From assembly GCF_004010195.1 (NCBI RefSeq), contig NC_057718.1, forward strand, positions 101,511,764-101,549,102: a stretch of DNA of 37,339 bases, given 5' to 3'. The notes below the pieces were generated by a model, which saw only the letters and a list, made by a program, of their open reading frames with translations, was not told where the DNA came from and did no database searches. This DNA is from Chiloscyllium plagiosum (lineage: Eukaryota). Below are positions 1 through 11,233 of this stretch, in pieces. The translations under genes were made by a program, and so were the position numbers. How positions within the stretch are numbered: position 1 is the first letter of the stretch; each line of letters begins with the position of its first letter.

Positions 1-209
1 GGGGAGATGTCAGGGGTGGGTTTTTTACCCAGAGAGTGGTGGGAGCATGGAATGTGCTGCCTGTGGGAGTGGTAGAGTCAGAATCTTTGGTGACCTTTAA
101 GCGGCAATTGGATAGGTACATGGATGGGTGCTTAAGCTAGGACAAATGTTCGGCACAACATTGTGGGCCGAAGGGCCTGTTCTGTGCTGTATTGTTCTAT
201 GTTCTATGT
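1..209 (+). mobile_element. CR1/HER1-like LINE 3' end (cut by window edge)
   Basis: CR1-type 3' region (tttacccagagagtggtg...tggaat) ending gggccgaagggcctgttctgtgctgta plus a (tgttcta)n tail. Confidence 0.85.
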
Positions 210-1169
210 AGTCCTTGGTTCCTTTGTGTAAATCATTAATATTAATGTGAATAGTTGTGGTCCCAACCCAGATCCCTGTGGAATTCATCTAGTCACCAGT
301 TGCGACGTTAAAAAGACCTTATTCCCTCAGAAGAATTGAGGTGCATTCTTCTGCCAATTTCCAATCCTCTGGCACCCTCCCTGACTCCAATGATTCCTGA
401 AATATCACCTCCAATATCTCTTCAGCTATCCCATCAGAACTCTGCTCCAGGTGATTTATCCATTTTCAGGTCTTTCAGCTTCCCCGGCGCTGCCTTCTTG
501 GTGATTGCGACTACAATCACCTCTGACCCCCCGACTCTCGAAGTTCTGGTAAACATCTGGTGTCTTTCCCCAGGCATCTGTGTACCAGTGGCACTAAGTA
601 ATTATGGTGACCAGTGCTGGGACTGCAGGCAATCCCACCATGTCAAAGATCCCAGCTACCCCCTGGTTTCAGAGCATTTGGTGAAGGTCGTTAGTTGGGC
701 AGAGGGGTGGGTTGCAGTCCGTGTGAAAGAATTCGGCGTGTTGGCTAAGATTGGTGATTGTCAATTCGGAATCAAGCCAGTCGGTCAGAGAGAAACCAAG
801 ACATCTTTTTTTTGGGGGGATGTAGTTTATTAATGATTCAGTCTTACAGCTCCTTCCACACAACTTATTCCCTTTATATCTACACAGTTATTTACTTTTA
901 AATAGACCCACCACTAAATCACCCATTTGACAAATTAAACAAATAATGAAGTACGAACGCTGTCCGCCAGGGGCAGCGCAACATGATACAAAGGGGAGGG
1001 CCTGGGATGAGGGAGGAGCTAAATCTAAAAGGAATAGAAGTGGGGAAGTAATGTACCCCTAACCCTGTATAGTGCCCACCTGTCTCCAATTGTTAACAGT
1101 CAATCAATTAATCAACCAACCCATGTCCACTGCTTAACTATCTGCAGTGTTGTTCCCTTATTTAAGGAA

Positions 1170-1703
1170 CAATATCATTTCATTGGCCATTCAGAGAAGG
1201 TTCACTAGGTTGAGCCCAATATGGGAGGGATGGTCTTATGAGCAAAGGTTAAACAGTTTAAGGACCCTATTCCCTGGGGTTTGGAAGAATGAGAGAGGAT
1301 CTCATTGAGACATATCGGACTCTTAAGGGGCTTGACCGGATCAATGCTGAGAGGATGTTTCCCCCTCATGGGAGAGTCTAGGACCAGAGGGTACAGTCTC
1401 AGAATAAAGGGGCACCAATTTCAGGCTGAGATGGGGAGGATTTTTTTCTCTCAGAAGTTTGAGAGTCTTTGGAACTCCTTGCCACAGAGAGCTGGCCAGG
1501 AAGGGGGCAAAGACCTTGTGTATATTTAAGGTGAGAGAGAAAGTGATTTTTGCTCATTCAGGGAGTCAAGGGTTATGGGAAGAAAGTTTAAAAAAAAATT
1601 GGATGTGTGGAACATCAAATCAGCTGTGATCTTTTTAAATGGCAGAGTGGTCTCAGTGGATCAAATGGCTGAATTCTGTTCCTATTTCTTAGGTCTTATT
1701 TAT
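1170..1703 (+). mobile_element. Decayed CR1 LINE 3' fragment
   Basis: ORF 1305-1529 has CR1 C-terminal motifs (FPLMGESRTRGYSLRIKG, FFSQK..SLWNSLP); tail tcttaggtcttatt. Confidence 0.85.
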
Positions 1704-2134
1704 AAGTATGACTGGGAGAAGTGGTGCCAGGTCCTGACATTAGCTGAATGTGCTGGGCATCTCACATGGCGTGGGCCTGTCCACTTGACAAGAGTCATGT
1801 CCCGTGGCAACAGGAGTAGGCCCTGCAATGGCCATGAATTGACCAGCTGGGGGCCTCAATAGGCACACGGTGTCAACACGGCAAAGCCTGTCCCTTGCCC
1901 TCTCCTGAAATGGAGCGGGGGATGGCAGGTGGGGGCGCGAGCGAATAGGAAGGCCAACTGCTCGGTTTTACACGTGCGCCATCCAGGAGTCACTCAGCAG
2001 CTACCCTGACAGGCAGATCGTACCATACTATACCACGTGCATTTGGGTCATAGAGCAGAGCAAGAAATACAACATTATGGTTGCAGAGAAGGCGCACAAA
2101 GGACGAGATCAACATTAGGGGATTTTAAATTTGT

Positions 2135-2540
2135 GAGGTGCATTCAGAAGTCTAATAACAGTGGGGAAGAAGCTGTTCTTGAATCTATTTGTACATATAC
2201 ACAAACTTTTATTCCCAAATTGGAACATTTAAGAGGCATTTGGATGGGTGTATGAATAGGAAGGGGTTGGAGGGATATGGGCCGGGTGCTGGCAGGTGGG
2301 ACTAGATTGAGTTGGGATATCTGGTCGACATGGATGAGTTGGACTGAAGGGTCTGTTTCCGTGCTGCACATCTCTATGACTCTATGACTTCTGCCTGACA
2401 GAAGAGAATATAACAGGTGGGAGGGATCTTTGATGTTGGTTGCTCTCCCGAGATGGTGGGAAGTGTAGATGGAGTCAATGGATGCGAGGTTGGTTTGCTC
2501 ATGTTCATGAGGTTGGGCTATGTTCATGACTCCCTGTTCT
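2135..2540 (-). mobile_element. Old LINE fragment (L2/Rex-like), interrupted by a CR1 3' end at about 2215-2388
   Basis: ttcagaagtctaataacagtggggaagaagctgttcttgaatct resumes as cttctgcctgac after the CR1 insert; family is a guess. Confidence 0.4.
2215..2388 (+). mobile_element. CR1/HER1-like LINE 3' end
   Basis: ggactgaagggtctgtttccgtgctg followed by a (ctctatga)n tail; matches other copies in the window. Confidence 0.85.
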
Positions 2541-2667
2541 TGAATACTCTGCTGTAGGCTGGATGATCTCTTATTTGAAAAATATTGAATTGGAATGGCT
2601 ATCATATCCAATAACGTTAGGATAGTTTGTATCATCGCCTTCTGTTTCACTTTAGGGCAGATTGTTG

Positions 2668-3300
2668 CACACTGGTAGTGTAGTCAGAATCCAGAAACCC
2701 AGGGTGACCCTCTGGGAGCATGGGTTCAAATCCTACCATGGCAGCTGATTGAATTTAAATTCAATTAATAAAGTATGGACTTTCGGCTCTTGTGGTCTAG
2801 AGGTAGTGCCCCAATGTCTGAGCCAGGAGATCTGGATTCAAGTCTCACCTGTTTCAGAGGTAGATCATAACAGCTTCAACAGGTTGAGTAACAATATCCT
2901 AAAATCTAAGATTGAGGGTCCCTGTGGCACAGTGGTAGTGTCCATGTTTCTGTGCCAGGAGGTCCAGGCTCAAGTCCCACTGTTCCAGAGGTATGTCATA
3001 ACATCTCTGAACAGGTTGATTAGAAAATATGCAATAGGAAGTTAGTCTCAGTGATGGTGGCCATGAGATGATCATTGATTGTCATTAAAGGTCAATCTGG
3101 TTCACTGAAATGCTTTAGGGAAGGAAATCTGCCATCCTTACCTGGTCTGGCCTACATGTGATTCCAGACCCACAGCAACAGGATTGACTCTTAACTGCCC
3201 TCTGAAACAGATGAGCATGCTTCTCCAATCAAGGGTAATTGGAGATGATCATCAAATGTTGGTTTTGCCAATGATACCCACATCCCAAGAAAGAATGAAA
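2668..3300 (+). mobile_element. tRNA-head SINE containing two inserted short tRNA-like repeats
   Basis: B-box gggttcaaatcc near 2722; body (agggaaggaaatctgccatccttacctggtctggcc) recurs at about 12395-12620 (+), 16725-17070 (-) and 32670-32920 (-). Confidence 0.7.
2786..3031 (+). repeat. Tandem pair of ~115-bp tRNA-like short SINEs
   Basis: Units about 2786-2898 and 2915-3031 share tgtgg..ag.ggtagtg, ttcaagtc, cagaggta..tcataaca and acaggttga; a third split copy lies at about 19450-19496 / 20490-20522. Confidence 0.65.
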
Positions 3301-3449
3301 AAAAAATCAAGTGCTTGAGATCCTTAAAGATTGCAAAGGGCATGCATCTGTTTTGCCTCTTGCACTGATTTATCATCCATATAAGATCTGTATTTGGAAA
3401 TAAAGAATTCATTTTCTCAACGTTGAGCTCCACATTCGTCCATCACCCT

Positions 3450-3586
3450 CAGCTCCGCTGGCTGAACTCTTAGCTCTGAGATGTGAGGTGGTGTGTTCAA
3501 GCCCCAGTGCAGGCTTGAGCCCACAAACCAAGGCTCACACCCCATGGCCGTCACAAAGGAATGCTGCACTCCCTGTCTTTGGACGT
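3450..3586 (+). mobile_element. SacSINE1/Deu-like SINE 5' part, interrupted by a PLE
   Basis: gttcaagccccagtgcaggcttgagc...gctgcact resembles the copies at 24760 and 28786. Confidence 0.55.
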
Positions 3587-4041
3587 CATGATGTGGAGGT
3601 GCCGGTGTTGAACTGAGGTGGATAAAGTTAAAAATCGCACAACACCAGGTTATAGTCCAACAGATTTATTTGAAAGTACAAGCTTTTGGTGTGCTGCTGC
3701 TTCATCGGGTAGCTAGTGGGGCAGATATATAGGACACAGAATTTACAGTAAAAGATCAAAGTGTCATACAACTGATGTGATTGTGACTTGAAAGAAGTTC
3801 TGGGATTTATATATTAAGCAATTGAAACCTGCATCCCCATTCTAAGTGATTAAAGACTTCACAGCAAACTCGGTTTGTTCAATACATCGCATCAGTTGTC
3901 TGACACTTTGATCTTTTACTATAAATTCTGTGTCCTATGTACCTGTCCCACTAGCTACCTGATGAAGGGGCAGCGCTCCGAAAGCTTGTACTTCCAAATA
4001 AATGTTGGACTGTAACCTGGTGTTGTGTGATTTTTAATTTT
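3587..4041. mobile_element. Penelope-like pLTR insertion with long inverted arms (family A)
   Basis: Arms about 3624-3783 and 3880-4041 are reverse complements; carries a hammerhead motif followed by AATAAA; family tail (ggcacctccacatcatg) lies on the minus strand at the left. Confidence 0.8.
3956..3990 (+). ncRNA. Minimal type I hammerhead ribozyme motif
   Basis: TAC CTGATGA A GGGGC agc GCTCC GAAA GC TT GTA: both core boxes, stem II, palindromic stem III AAGCTT, stem I TAC/GTA. Confidence 0.7.
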
Positions 4042-4084
4042 CCCATGATGAGGCATTAAAAGTGAGAAGGAACATGCTGAAATT

Positions 4085-6035
4085 CATTTTGACGGAACTG
4101 ATAGCTTGACATTTAGCAAACCACAATGTAATCAGGACAATCATCAAGGTATTGCAAAAGAGAAATCATGTTTGACTAACTTATTAAAATTCTTAGAGGA
4201 ATTAAAAAGCAATATGGATAATGGTGTTGTCTGATTCCTTTTTAAGCAAGTTACAGGCGACTCTGACAGAATGTTATGAATGAATTTGCCCAGGTGTCAC
4301 AGAATACCGATCTGATCAAATCACGACGAACACAAGTCAGTACCGATACAAAACAATCCCAACTTTATTGGGAAAAAAGATACAATAATCTTTAATACTA
4401 AACTAATCTTTAGTATTTAGCCCCTTAAGGTTACAATGCTTCCCGAGTCTCCTATAGATTTACGCAGTTGCTCTTTCTCTCTCTGGCTCTGTTGCTGGGT
4501 CTGGGCAGCTACTCTCTCTCCCTCTCTCGCTCTTTCTCTGGATGGTCAGCTGCTCTCTGTCTCTTGCCATGCTAGCGTCCTCGGAAGGCCTCAGACTGTT
4601 CCAAGAATGAGGTCTGCAGGTGACCCCTATTTTCAGATGGTTTGCTGTATCTTTCTATAGTTCTGGCCAATCAGTTTCAACCAAGAGTCAATCATTTGGA
4701 TGGCATCTTACTGTTAGTTTCCTTGTGTCGCAGGACCCATGCCTTTATGTCTGGGCCCTCCTTTGTTTAATGGATAAGTTGTTGGGGGTATGTCTGTCCA
4801 GGATAACTGTTGCCTTTTACATTCTGCTAAGGTCATTAGTACCTGGCTGCTGCATTTGCCCTGTATCTGGTGTGTGAGCTTGTGATTTCAGAGTTTTACT
4901 TAGCCAGCACACCCAGCATCCCTTGCTGTATGGCCAAGTTAGCGACTTGTGTTTTAGCAGTCAGGAGGCTGATACAATGGGGATCCAGAGTATTTATTAT
5001 GTTTGCAAGCCTACACAGTGTGTAAGGTTATTACATAAAATAAGAGCTCATGTTATAGGAGCTAACATTGGTTAGCTAACAGGAAGCAGAGAGGGATAAA
5101 TGGGTCATTTTCAATTTGGCAAACAGTCGCTAAGAGAGTGTCACAGGGATTAGTGCTGGGCTCACAACTGTTTACTATTTATATCAACGACTTAGATGAA
5201 TTTATAGTTGGTAAATTTGCTAATGACTCTTAGGTAGGCAGACAAGTACGTTGTCAAGAGAACATAAAGAGTCTACAGAGAATTTTGGAGAGGTTACGTG
5301 AGGGGTGAAAATTTGACAGATTCTTTGTGAAAACTGAAGACCTGCATGGTCCAGAGGGATCTGTGTGTCCTGGTGGATGGATTACAAGACATTAGGATGC
5401 AGGTGCAGCAAGTCGTTAGGAAGACAAATGGATGGTTGACCTTTATTGCACGTGGGTAAAGAAGTACAAAGGCAAGGAGGTTATGCTGCAGTTGTACAGA
5501 GCATTGGTGAGACCACATCTAGAGTAATGTGTACAATTTCCATCTCTATTTATAAAATTGCAATCAGAGCTGTGCAGGGTAGATCAGTCAGCTGATTTTG
5601 TGGCATCACGGAGTTGAGCCACGGTTGAGCAGGTTGTGATATACCCATTGGACGTTAGAAGAATGAGAGGTGACATTTTTGAAGCATATAATCTCCTGAA
5701 GGGCCTTGACAGGATTGATGCTGAAAGGGATCTTCCACATTTTTTGGAAATTCTGAAATTAGGGGACGCAGTTGATCATTTTAGGACGTCCATTTAAGAC
5801 TGAGAGAAGGATCTTTTTTAGCTCTCTCAATGCCAGGGAGCAGTGAAGGGTGGGTCACTGAATATATTCAAGGTTGAGTTAGACAGATCTTTGATCAGCA
5901 AGGAACTTGAGAGTGACTGGGAGGGAGGCTGCGACAGGAGAATTGGGTGGAGGTTGGAGTCAGATCAGCTATGATTCTATCGAATCGTGAAGCGGGTTTG
6001 ACAGGCCAAATGGCCTCCTCCAGCTCCTCGATCAT
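4085..6035 (+). mobile_element. Degenerate CR1 LINE RT and 3' region, split by a solo LTR
   Basis: RT-region motifs (tcatgtttgactaac, tttatatcaacgacttagatga, agcattggtgagaccacatctagagta); the sequence rejoins across the LTR as ggataatggggatccag. Confidence 0.8.
4225..4976 (-). mobile_element. Solo LTR (752 bp)
   Basis: TGTTG...TACA termini; 4-bp TSD ATGG (4221-4224, 4977-4980); minus-strand AATAAA near 4365 suggests the orientation. Confidence 0.8.
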
Positions 6036-6039
6036 TCCC

Positions 6040-6370
6040 TGCCCAGGTGAATGAGGAAGATCCCACCACACGATTTTGAAGAAGAGCAAGGGGTATTATC
6101 CCCGATGTCCTGACCGATCCCTGAGTCAACATCACAAAAACAAAACAGGCTATCCTCACATCGGGAACTAGCTGCATACAAATTGGTCCTACATTTCAAC
6201 AGTGGCTAAAGCTCAAGAAACTACTTGAAAAAGGGTCACTGAACCTCCCAGAGACATTAGCTCTGTTTCACTCTCCATAGATGCTGTTGAGTTTCTCCAG
6301 CAACTTCTGTTTTTATTTCAAGAAAGTGCATATTGGCTGTAAAACACTTGAGATATCTGGTGGCTGTGAA
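6040..6370 (+). mobile_element. SacSINE1-like SINE 3' half with a decayed PLE-type insert at about 6225-6320
   Basis: attttgaagaagagcaagggg...cctacatttcaacagtg...ttggctgtaaaacacttgaga matches the copies at 24760 and 28786. Confidence 0.55.
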
Positions 6371-6499
6371 CAAAGTGACATATCAATTTTCTCTTTTTAT
6401 GCATTTGGAACAGCAAGGGCTAGTAGCTTGTTATGAAGTTCTGTTTTAGGCTCGCATACTCTGAGGCCTGTGGTCAGGCCTCGCTCAGAAATAAATAAT

Positions 6500-7055
6500 A
6501 ACACTGGCATGGAGTACAAGAGCAAGCTGGTGATACTGAACTTGTATTGGAGCACTGCTTGCAGTCCTGTGAGCCACACTTTAAGGATGTGAAGAGAGTG
6601 CTGAAGAGATTTTCAAGAATGGTTTCAGGGATGAGAAACTTCTGTTATGAAGTTAGATTGGAGAGGTTGGCCTGTTCTACTTGGGGAGGCGAAGGCAAAG
6701 AGAAGATACTGATAGAAATATTAAAAAAGAATTGAGAGGTCTGTGCGGAATAGTCGGGGAGAAACTGTTCCTGCTTTTAAGAGGATCGAGAACCAGAGGG
6801 CACAGACTTTAAGTGCTGTACAAAAGAAGCGAATGCGGTGCAGGAAGGAAACTTCTCCGCACAAGTGGGTCAGGTCTGGAAAACACTGTCTGGATGAGTG
6901 GTGTAGACATGTTCAATTCGAGAGGGCGCTGGGTGTTATTTCAATCGGAATAAAATGCATGGGTATGGGGAACAGGCGGGAGAATGGCACTATGTCATGA
7001 AGCTCATTTGGAGAGCCAATGCAACACACAATGGGCTGAAAGGCCTCCTCCTACA
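6500..7055 (+). mobile_element. Old CR1 LINE 3' fragment
   Basis: EHCLQSCEPH..DV.RV.KRFSRMVSGM in ORF 6547-6735; ends tgggctgaaaggcctcc. Confidence 0.7.
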
Positions 7056-7186
7056 CCCCACAAAGCCTCTGGTCATGCAGTGTGCAAGTGATTGATGGTT
7101 GACGATCTGTTTCTCTTTTCCCCAATCTGATCCTCCCTCCCCCTTGCCAAATGTACCAGCAACAGCACCCATCCCACCCTCCAAAT

Positions 7187-7625
7187 CATAGTTATAGAGC
7201 AACACAGCACGGAAACAGATGTTTCGGTCCAACCAGTCCATGCTAAACATAGTCCCAAACTAAACTAGTCCCACCTGCTGGCTCCAATTGTACCCACATC
7301 CACCACTTCCACATGTGAACTATCCTCTGTGTCTAGAATTTGCCTTTCAGGTCTTTTTCAAATCTTTTCCCTCTCACTTTAAAAATATGGCCCTTAGTTT
7401 TGAAATCCCTGTCCTTGGGAAAAGACAGCTACCATTACCCTCATTATCTTATACACTTCTGTAAGGTCTCCTCTCAACCTCTTATGCTCCAGGGAAAAAT
7501 GTCTCAGCCTATCCAGCCTTCCTTTATTACTCAATCCTCCCAAACCCGGCAACATCCTGGTAAATCTCTTCTGACCCTTCTCCAGCTTAATAACATCCTT
7601 CCTATAACAGGGTGAGCAGAGGCCT
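7187..7625 (-). mobile_element. CR1/HER1-like LINE 3' fragment
   Basis: Tail on the left (acagcacggaaacag...cggtccaaccagtccatg); very similar to 36752-37190. Confidence 0.8.
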
Positions 7626-8309
7626 CAATCTTCAACATGTCCATGCATGCTGCGTACTGTACCATCTTCGTGAGTCTGAGTTAAGGCTGGGGGCACTGGT
7701 TTGCCATATTCTTCGACATCTGATCATGTGACCATCATGCCACATCTGATCACATGATATCTGATTGTATGACATTTGTTCGCAGTTTGAGAATATTGTT
7801 ACCACTTTCTCTGGGGTTTTGTATACAACTCCTTAACATGTACTTGATACGCACAGTTGGTAAATGCAATCTTTGTTTCTGATTGCAAAACTCAGGCGTG
7901 ATTACACATGGGAGTAAACGCTCGAGTCTAAAGATAAAATTGTCTTTCAGCATTAGGCATGCAGTGTTGTGATTTAATCAGTCTGATGCTATTTCAGTAC
8001 TCTCGATAATTTATTTGCTGATATTTAGAGCAGGATTAATATTCTTGGTAATTTTGCTGATTGTTAAGTGGCCATCAAACCACTTGAAAAGTATAAAGTA
8101 AGTCTATTACTGGTGAGTCTTGACTGATGAACTTGCTGTTTGTACAACTGGAGAAATCATTTGCTCAGAACTATAGAACCATTCAGCTGAACATGGATAG
8201 TGGAGAAAAGTAATGAGTGCTGAAGGGGAAATGAGAAAAATATCTGGAAATCCACAATGTAAATGAATTGTCAGCACGCATTATGTAGCAAAGAGCATAA
8301 GTAAGGGTA

Positions 8310-9158
8310 ACCCAGTGGATGTTATTTATCTAGATTTCCAAACATCTTCAGTAACAAATGGCTACGTAACAGACCGCAGGTCTCATGATTAAAATCCAGC
8401 ACCATCGGGACCAAGGTCACGCTGAATTTTGGAGTTGCTTGGTACTTGGACAATGTGTCCAAATGTTATCTCACTGAATGTCAAATAGGACACTTTAAAA
8501 CAATGTCCAGTTTTCATTCAGCCAAATTTTGGACGTACAACCAATAATGCAAAAGATGGAGCAGGATGGACGGTACGGAGGCGAGGGGTAGGAATCCAAA
8601 CTGGTAGGTAGTGGAAAGTGGGGTCTCAAAAGAATCTCTGATGGAACTACTGTTGTTCACAGTGTATGTTGATTTTGACTTCTAAATTTGCCAAAATTGG
8701 AGGAGGGGTGGTCAGTACTGAGGATATGTCATCAGTTGCAAGAAAAGGTGATTAAACTTACACAATGGGCATGTATAATTGTTGAATGAATTTAACACAG
8801 TTGAGTGTGAGATGGTACACAGTAACAATAACGAGGGTGAACAGTCTGTTCACAAGGACAGAATTGACAAATGGTGTGTTAGCCTTTATCGCAAGAGTAT
8901 TTAAGAGCAGAAGGCAGCACGTCTTGTTAAAATTGTTTTGAACCTTGGTGGGACTGCACCTGGAGACCTGTGTACCCTCCTCATTCACTAAAGCAGCTTC
9001 TTGAAATAAAAGTTTAAAAGACATTTGGATAATATGAATAGGAAAGGTTTGGAGGGATAGGGGTCAAGCACAGGCACATGGGACTAGTTTAGTTTGGGAA
9101 CACGTTCAGCAATGATTGGTTGGAACCGAAGGGTCTGTTTCCATTCTGTATGACTCGA
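8310..9158 (+). mobile_element. Highly decayed CR1 RT pieces plus a younger CR1 3' end (about 9008-9158)
   Basis: ccagtggatgttatttatctagatttcca (VDVIYLDF), accttggtgggactgcacctggag, ccgaagggtctgtttcc. Confidence 0.6.
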
Positions 9159-10043
9159 TTTCAGTGTCTGTCTTCATTATCACCAGCTCGTTGTCTCCGA
9201 GTTGATCATTGAAGGCTTTGTCTCCAACATGTGAACATTCTCATGGAAGTGTATATTCTTTGTCTTTGGATAAACTATTGATTTCAACTCGACTGTCTGT
9301 TATCTAATCCACATTGAATCTTGGCCACTTGTAGTCAGTTCATTGTGGTGTCTATTTTAAGACAGTAATTTGACCCTTTTCTTAAAAACATTATCTCAGT
9401 CAGTGAGAGTCCGAGGTATTAAGTCAGATGATGGAATTCGAAAATCTATATTTTTCATGAATGTCGCACCACAATACAAGTTGGAAGTGTAAAGTGATCT
9501 TGGTCACTTTAAGCAGTGTTGTCTCCAGGTACAATTGCCAAGTAAAGTGACTCACTCACCTGCATCCTGGAGGGATGTGAACTGTCACTTGGAGCAGTCC
9601 AATTTGAATTCTTCTCGATGATAGGGCAAATGGCTGATTGGCTGCAAGAAGTCACATTCCAGGTTTTACAGCTTGCCCAAAAACGCTATTCCCACATTCT
9701 CGGCAGCAAGCAGTGGCCTGGGATTCCCAGATTCCACAGGTAGTTGTGCAATACCTCTCTTGATCCATGGACTCCCCCTCTCCCTCCACCATTCTGCATC
9801 TTGCTGTGTTAGCTCTCAAAGCACCTGCACTTGTTGTCCTCTGCTGGACATACTTACCGCTGTTGTAGAAACAGGAAATGCTGCAGAAACCCGGCAGCAT
9901 CTGTGGAGAAACAGCGTTGGTGTTTCAACACTGATATAACTCTTCTTTGCCTTCTGCTGTCCTCCTTCTACCTTGCCTGACCCACACCTTGCTCAGCCAG
10001 CCCCTCAATTCCCTAAAGTTTTAAGTCTCAATCCATAGTATTA

Positions 10044-10623
10044 AAATTCAGGTTATAGTCCAACAGGTTTATTTGGAAGCACTAGCTTTCATAGCGCTGC
10101 TCCTTCATCAGGTAACAGGTGGTTGATGAAGGACAGCACTCCGAAAGCTAGTGCTTCCAAATAAACCTGTGGGACTATAACCTGGTGTTGTGTGAATTTT
10201 AACTTGTTGAAATTTTAAAGGAATACTTTTAAACAGTTTCTATGAAGTAATTAACCCATTAAAGGCAAGTATGATATTTCATTACATAATTAGTCTTCAT
10301 CCTTCTTATAAGGACAACTGGTTGACGGAATGAAATATCATGCTTGCCTTTAATAGGTTAATTAATTCATAGAAACTATCTCAAAGCACTTCTTTAAAAA
10401 TCTAAAAAGTTAAAAATCACACAACACCAGGTCATAGTCTCACAGGTTTATTTGGAAGCACTAGCTTTCGGAGTGCTCTTTCTTCATCAAGTAACAGGTG
10501 GTTGATGACGGAGCAGCGCTCCGAAAGCTAGTGCTTCCAAATAAACCTATTGGACTATAACCTGGTGTTGTGTGAATTTTAACTTTGTCCGCCCCAGTTC
10601 AACACCGGCAACTCCACATCATG
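10044..10623. mobile_element. Composite double-palindrome PLE insertion (family A)
   Basis: TSD tccatagtatta / tccataatatta (10032-10043, 10624-10635); two pLTR hairpins around an internal inverted repeat; four partly mutated hammerhead motifs. Confidence 0.8.
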
Positions 10624-10799
10624 TCCATAATATTACACATCTCAAAATTGTAAGATTTGCTTTCCCAGCTGTAACTGGAGATCAGCTGATTTCCTCACAG
10701 GGACGGGAAGGTGGAAAATCGGGGCAATAAACATTTTCAGCTACTTATGAACATCTTTAGTGACCACTGTCAAAGCACGGTACAGGAATGTGTGGTCAG

Positions 10800-11233
10800 G
10801 TCATAGAATCATACAGCAGGGAAACAGACCTTTCAGTCCAATTCATCCATGCTGACCAGACATCCCAATCTGGCCTAGTCCCATTTGTCAGCACTTGGCC
10901 CACATCCCTGTAAACCCTTCCTTTTCATATACCGATCCAGATGCATTTTTAATGTTGTAACTGTACCAGCCTCCTCCACTGCCTCTGGCAGCTCAATCCA
11001 TAAGTTGCACCACCCTCTGTGTGAAAAAGTTGCCCCTTACGTCCCTTTTAAATCTTTCCCCTCTCACCCTAAACCTATGCCCTCTAGTTTTGGACTCCCC
11101 CACCTTGGGGAAAAAATACCTTGTCTGTTTACCCTATCCATGTCCCTCATAGTTTGATAAACCTCTAAAAGGTCAGCCCTCAGCCTCTGACGCTCCAGTG
11201 AAAACAGCCCCAGCCTGTTCAGCCTCTCTCAAA
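10800..11233 (-). mobile_element. CR1/HER1-like LINE 3' fragment
   Basis: catagaatcatacagcagggaaacagacc tail; matches 20685-21090. Confidence 0.85.

Noticed and set aside
336..833. 165-aa ORF as a host gene
   Set aside because: Non-ATG start, overlaps antisense LINE relics, no recognisable domain
3587..4050. catgatg as the TSD of the 3587 element
   Set aside because: The left copy is the family's own tail (ccacatcatg in other copies), so it is not reliable evidence of a target duplication
8030..8096. Plus-strand exon candidate (AGLIFLVILLIVKWPSNHLKSI, gtaagt donor)
   Set aside because: Weak acceptor; splicing to the next candidate at 11435 gives an early stop; no homology recognised
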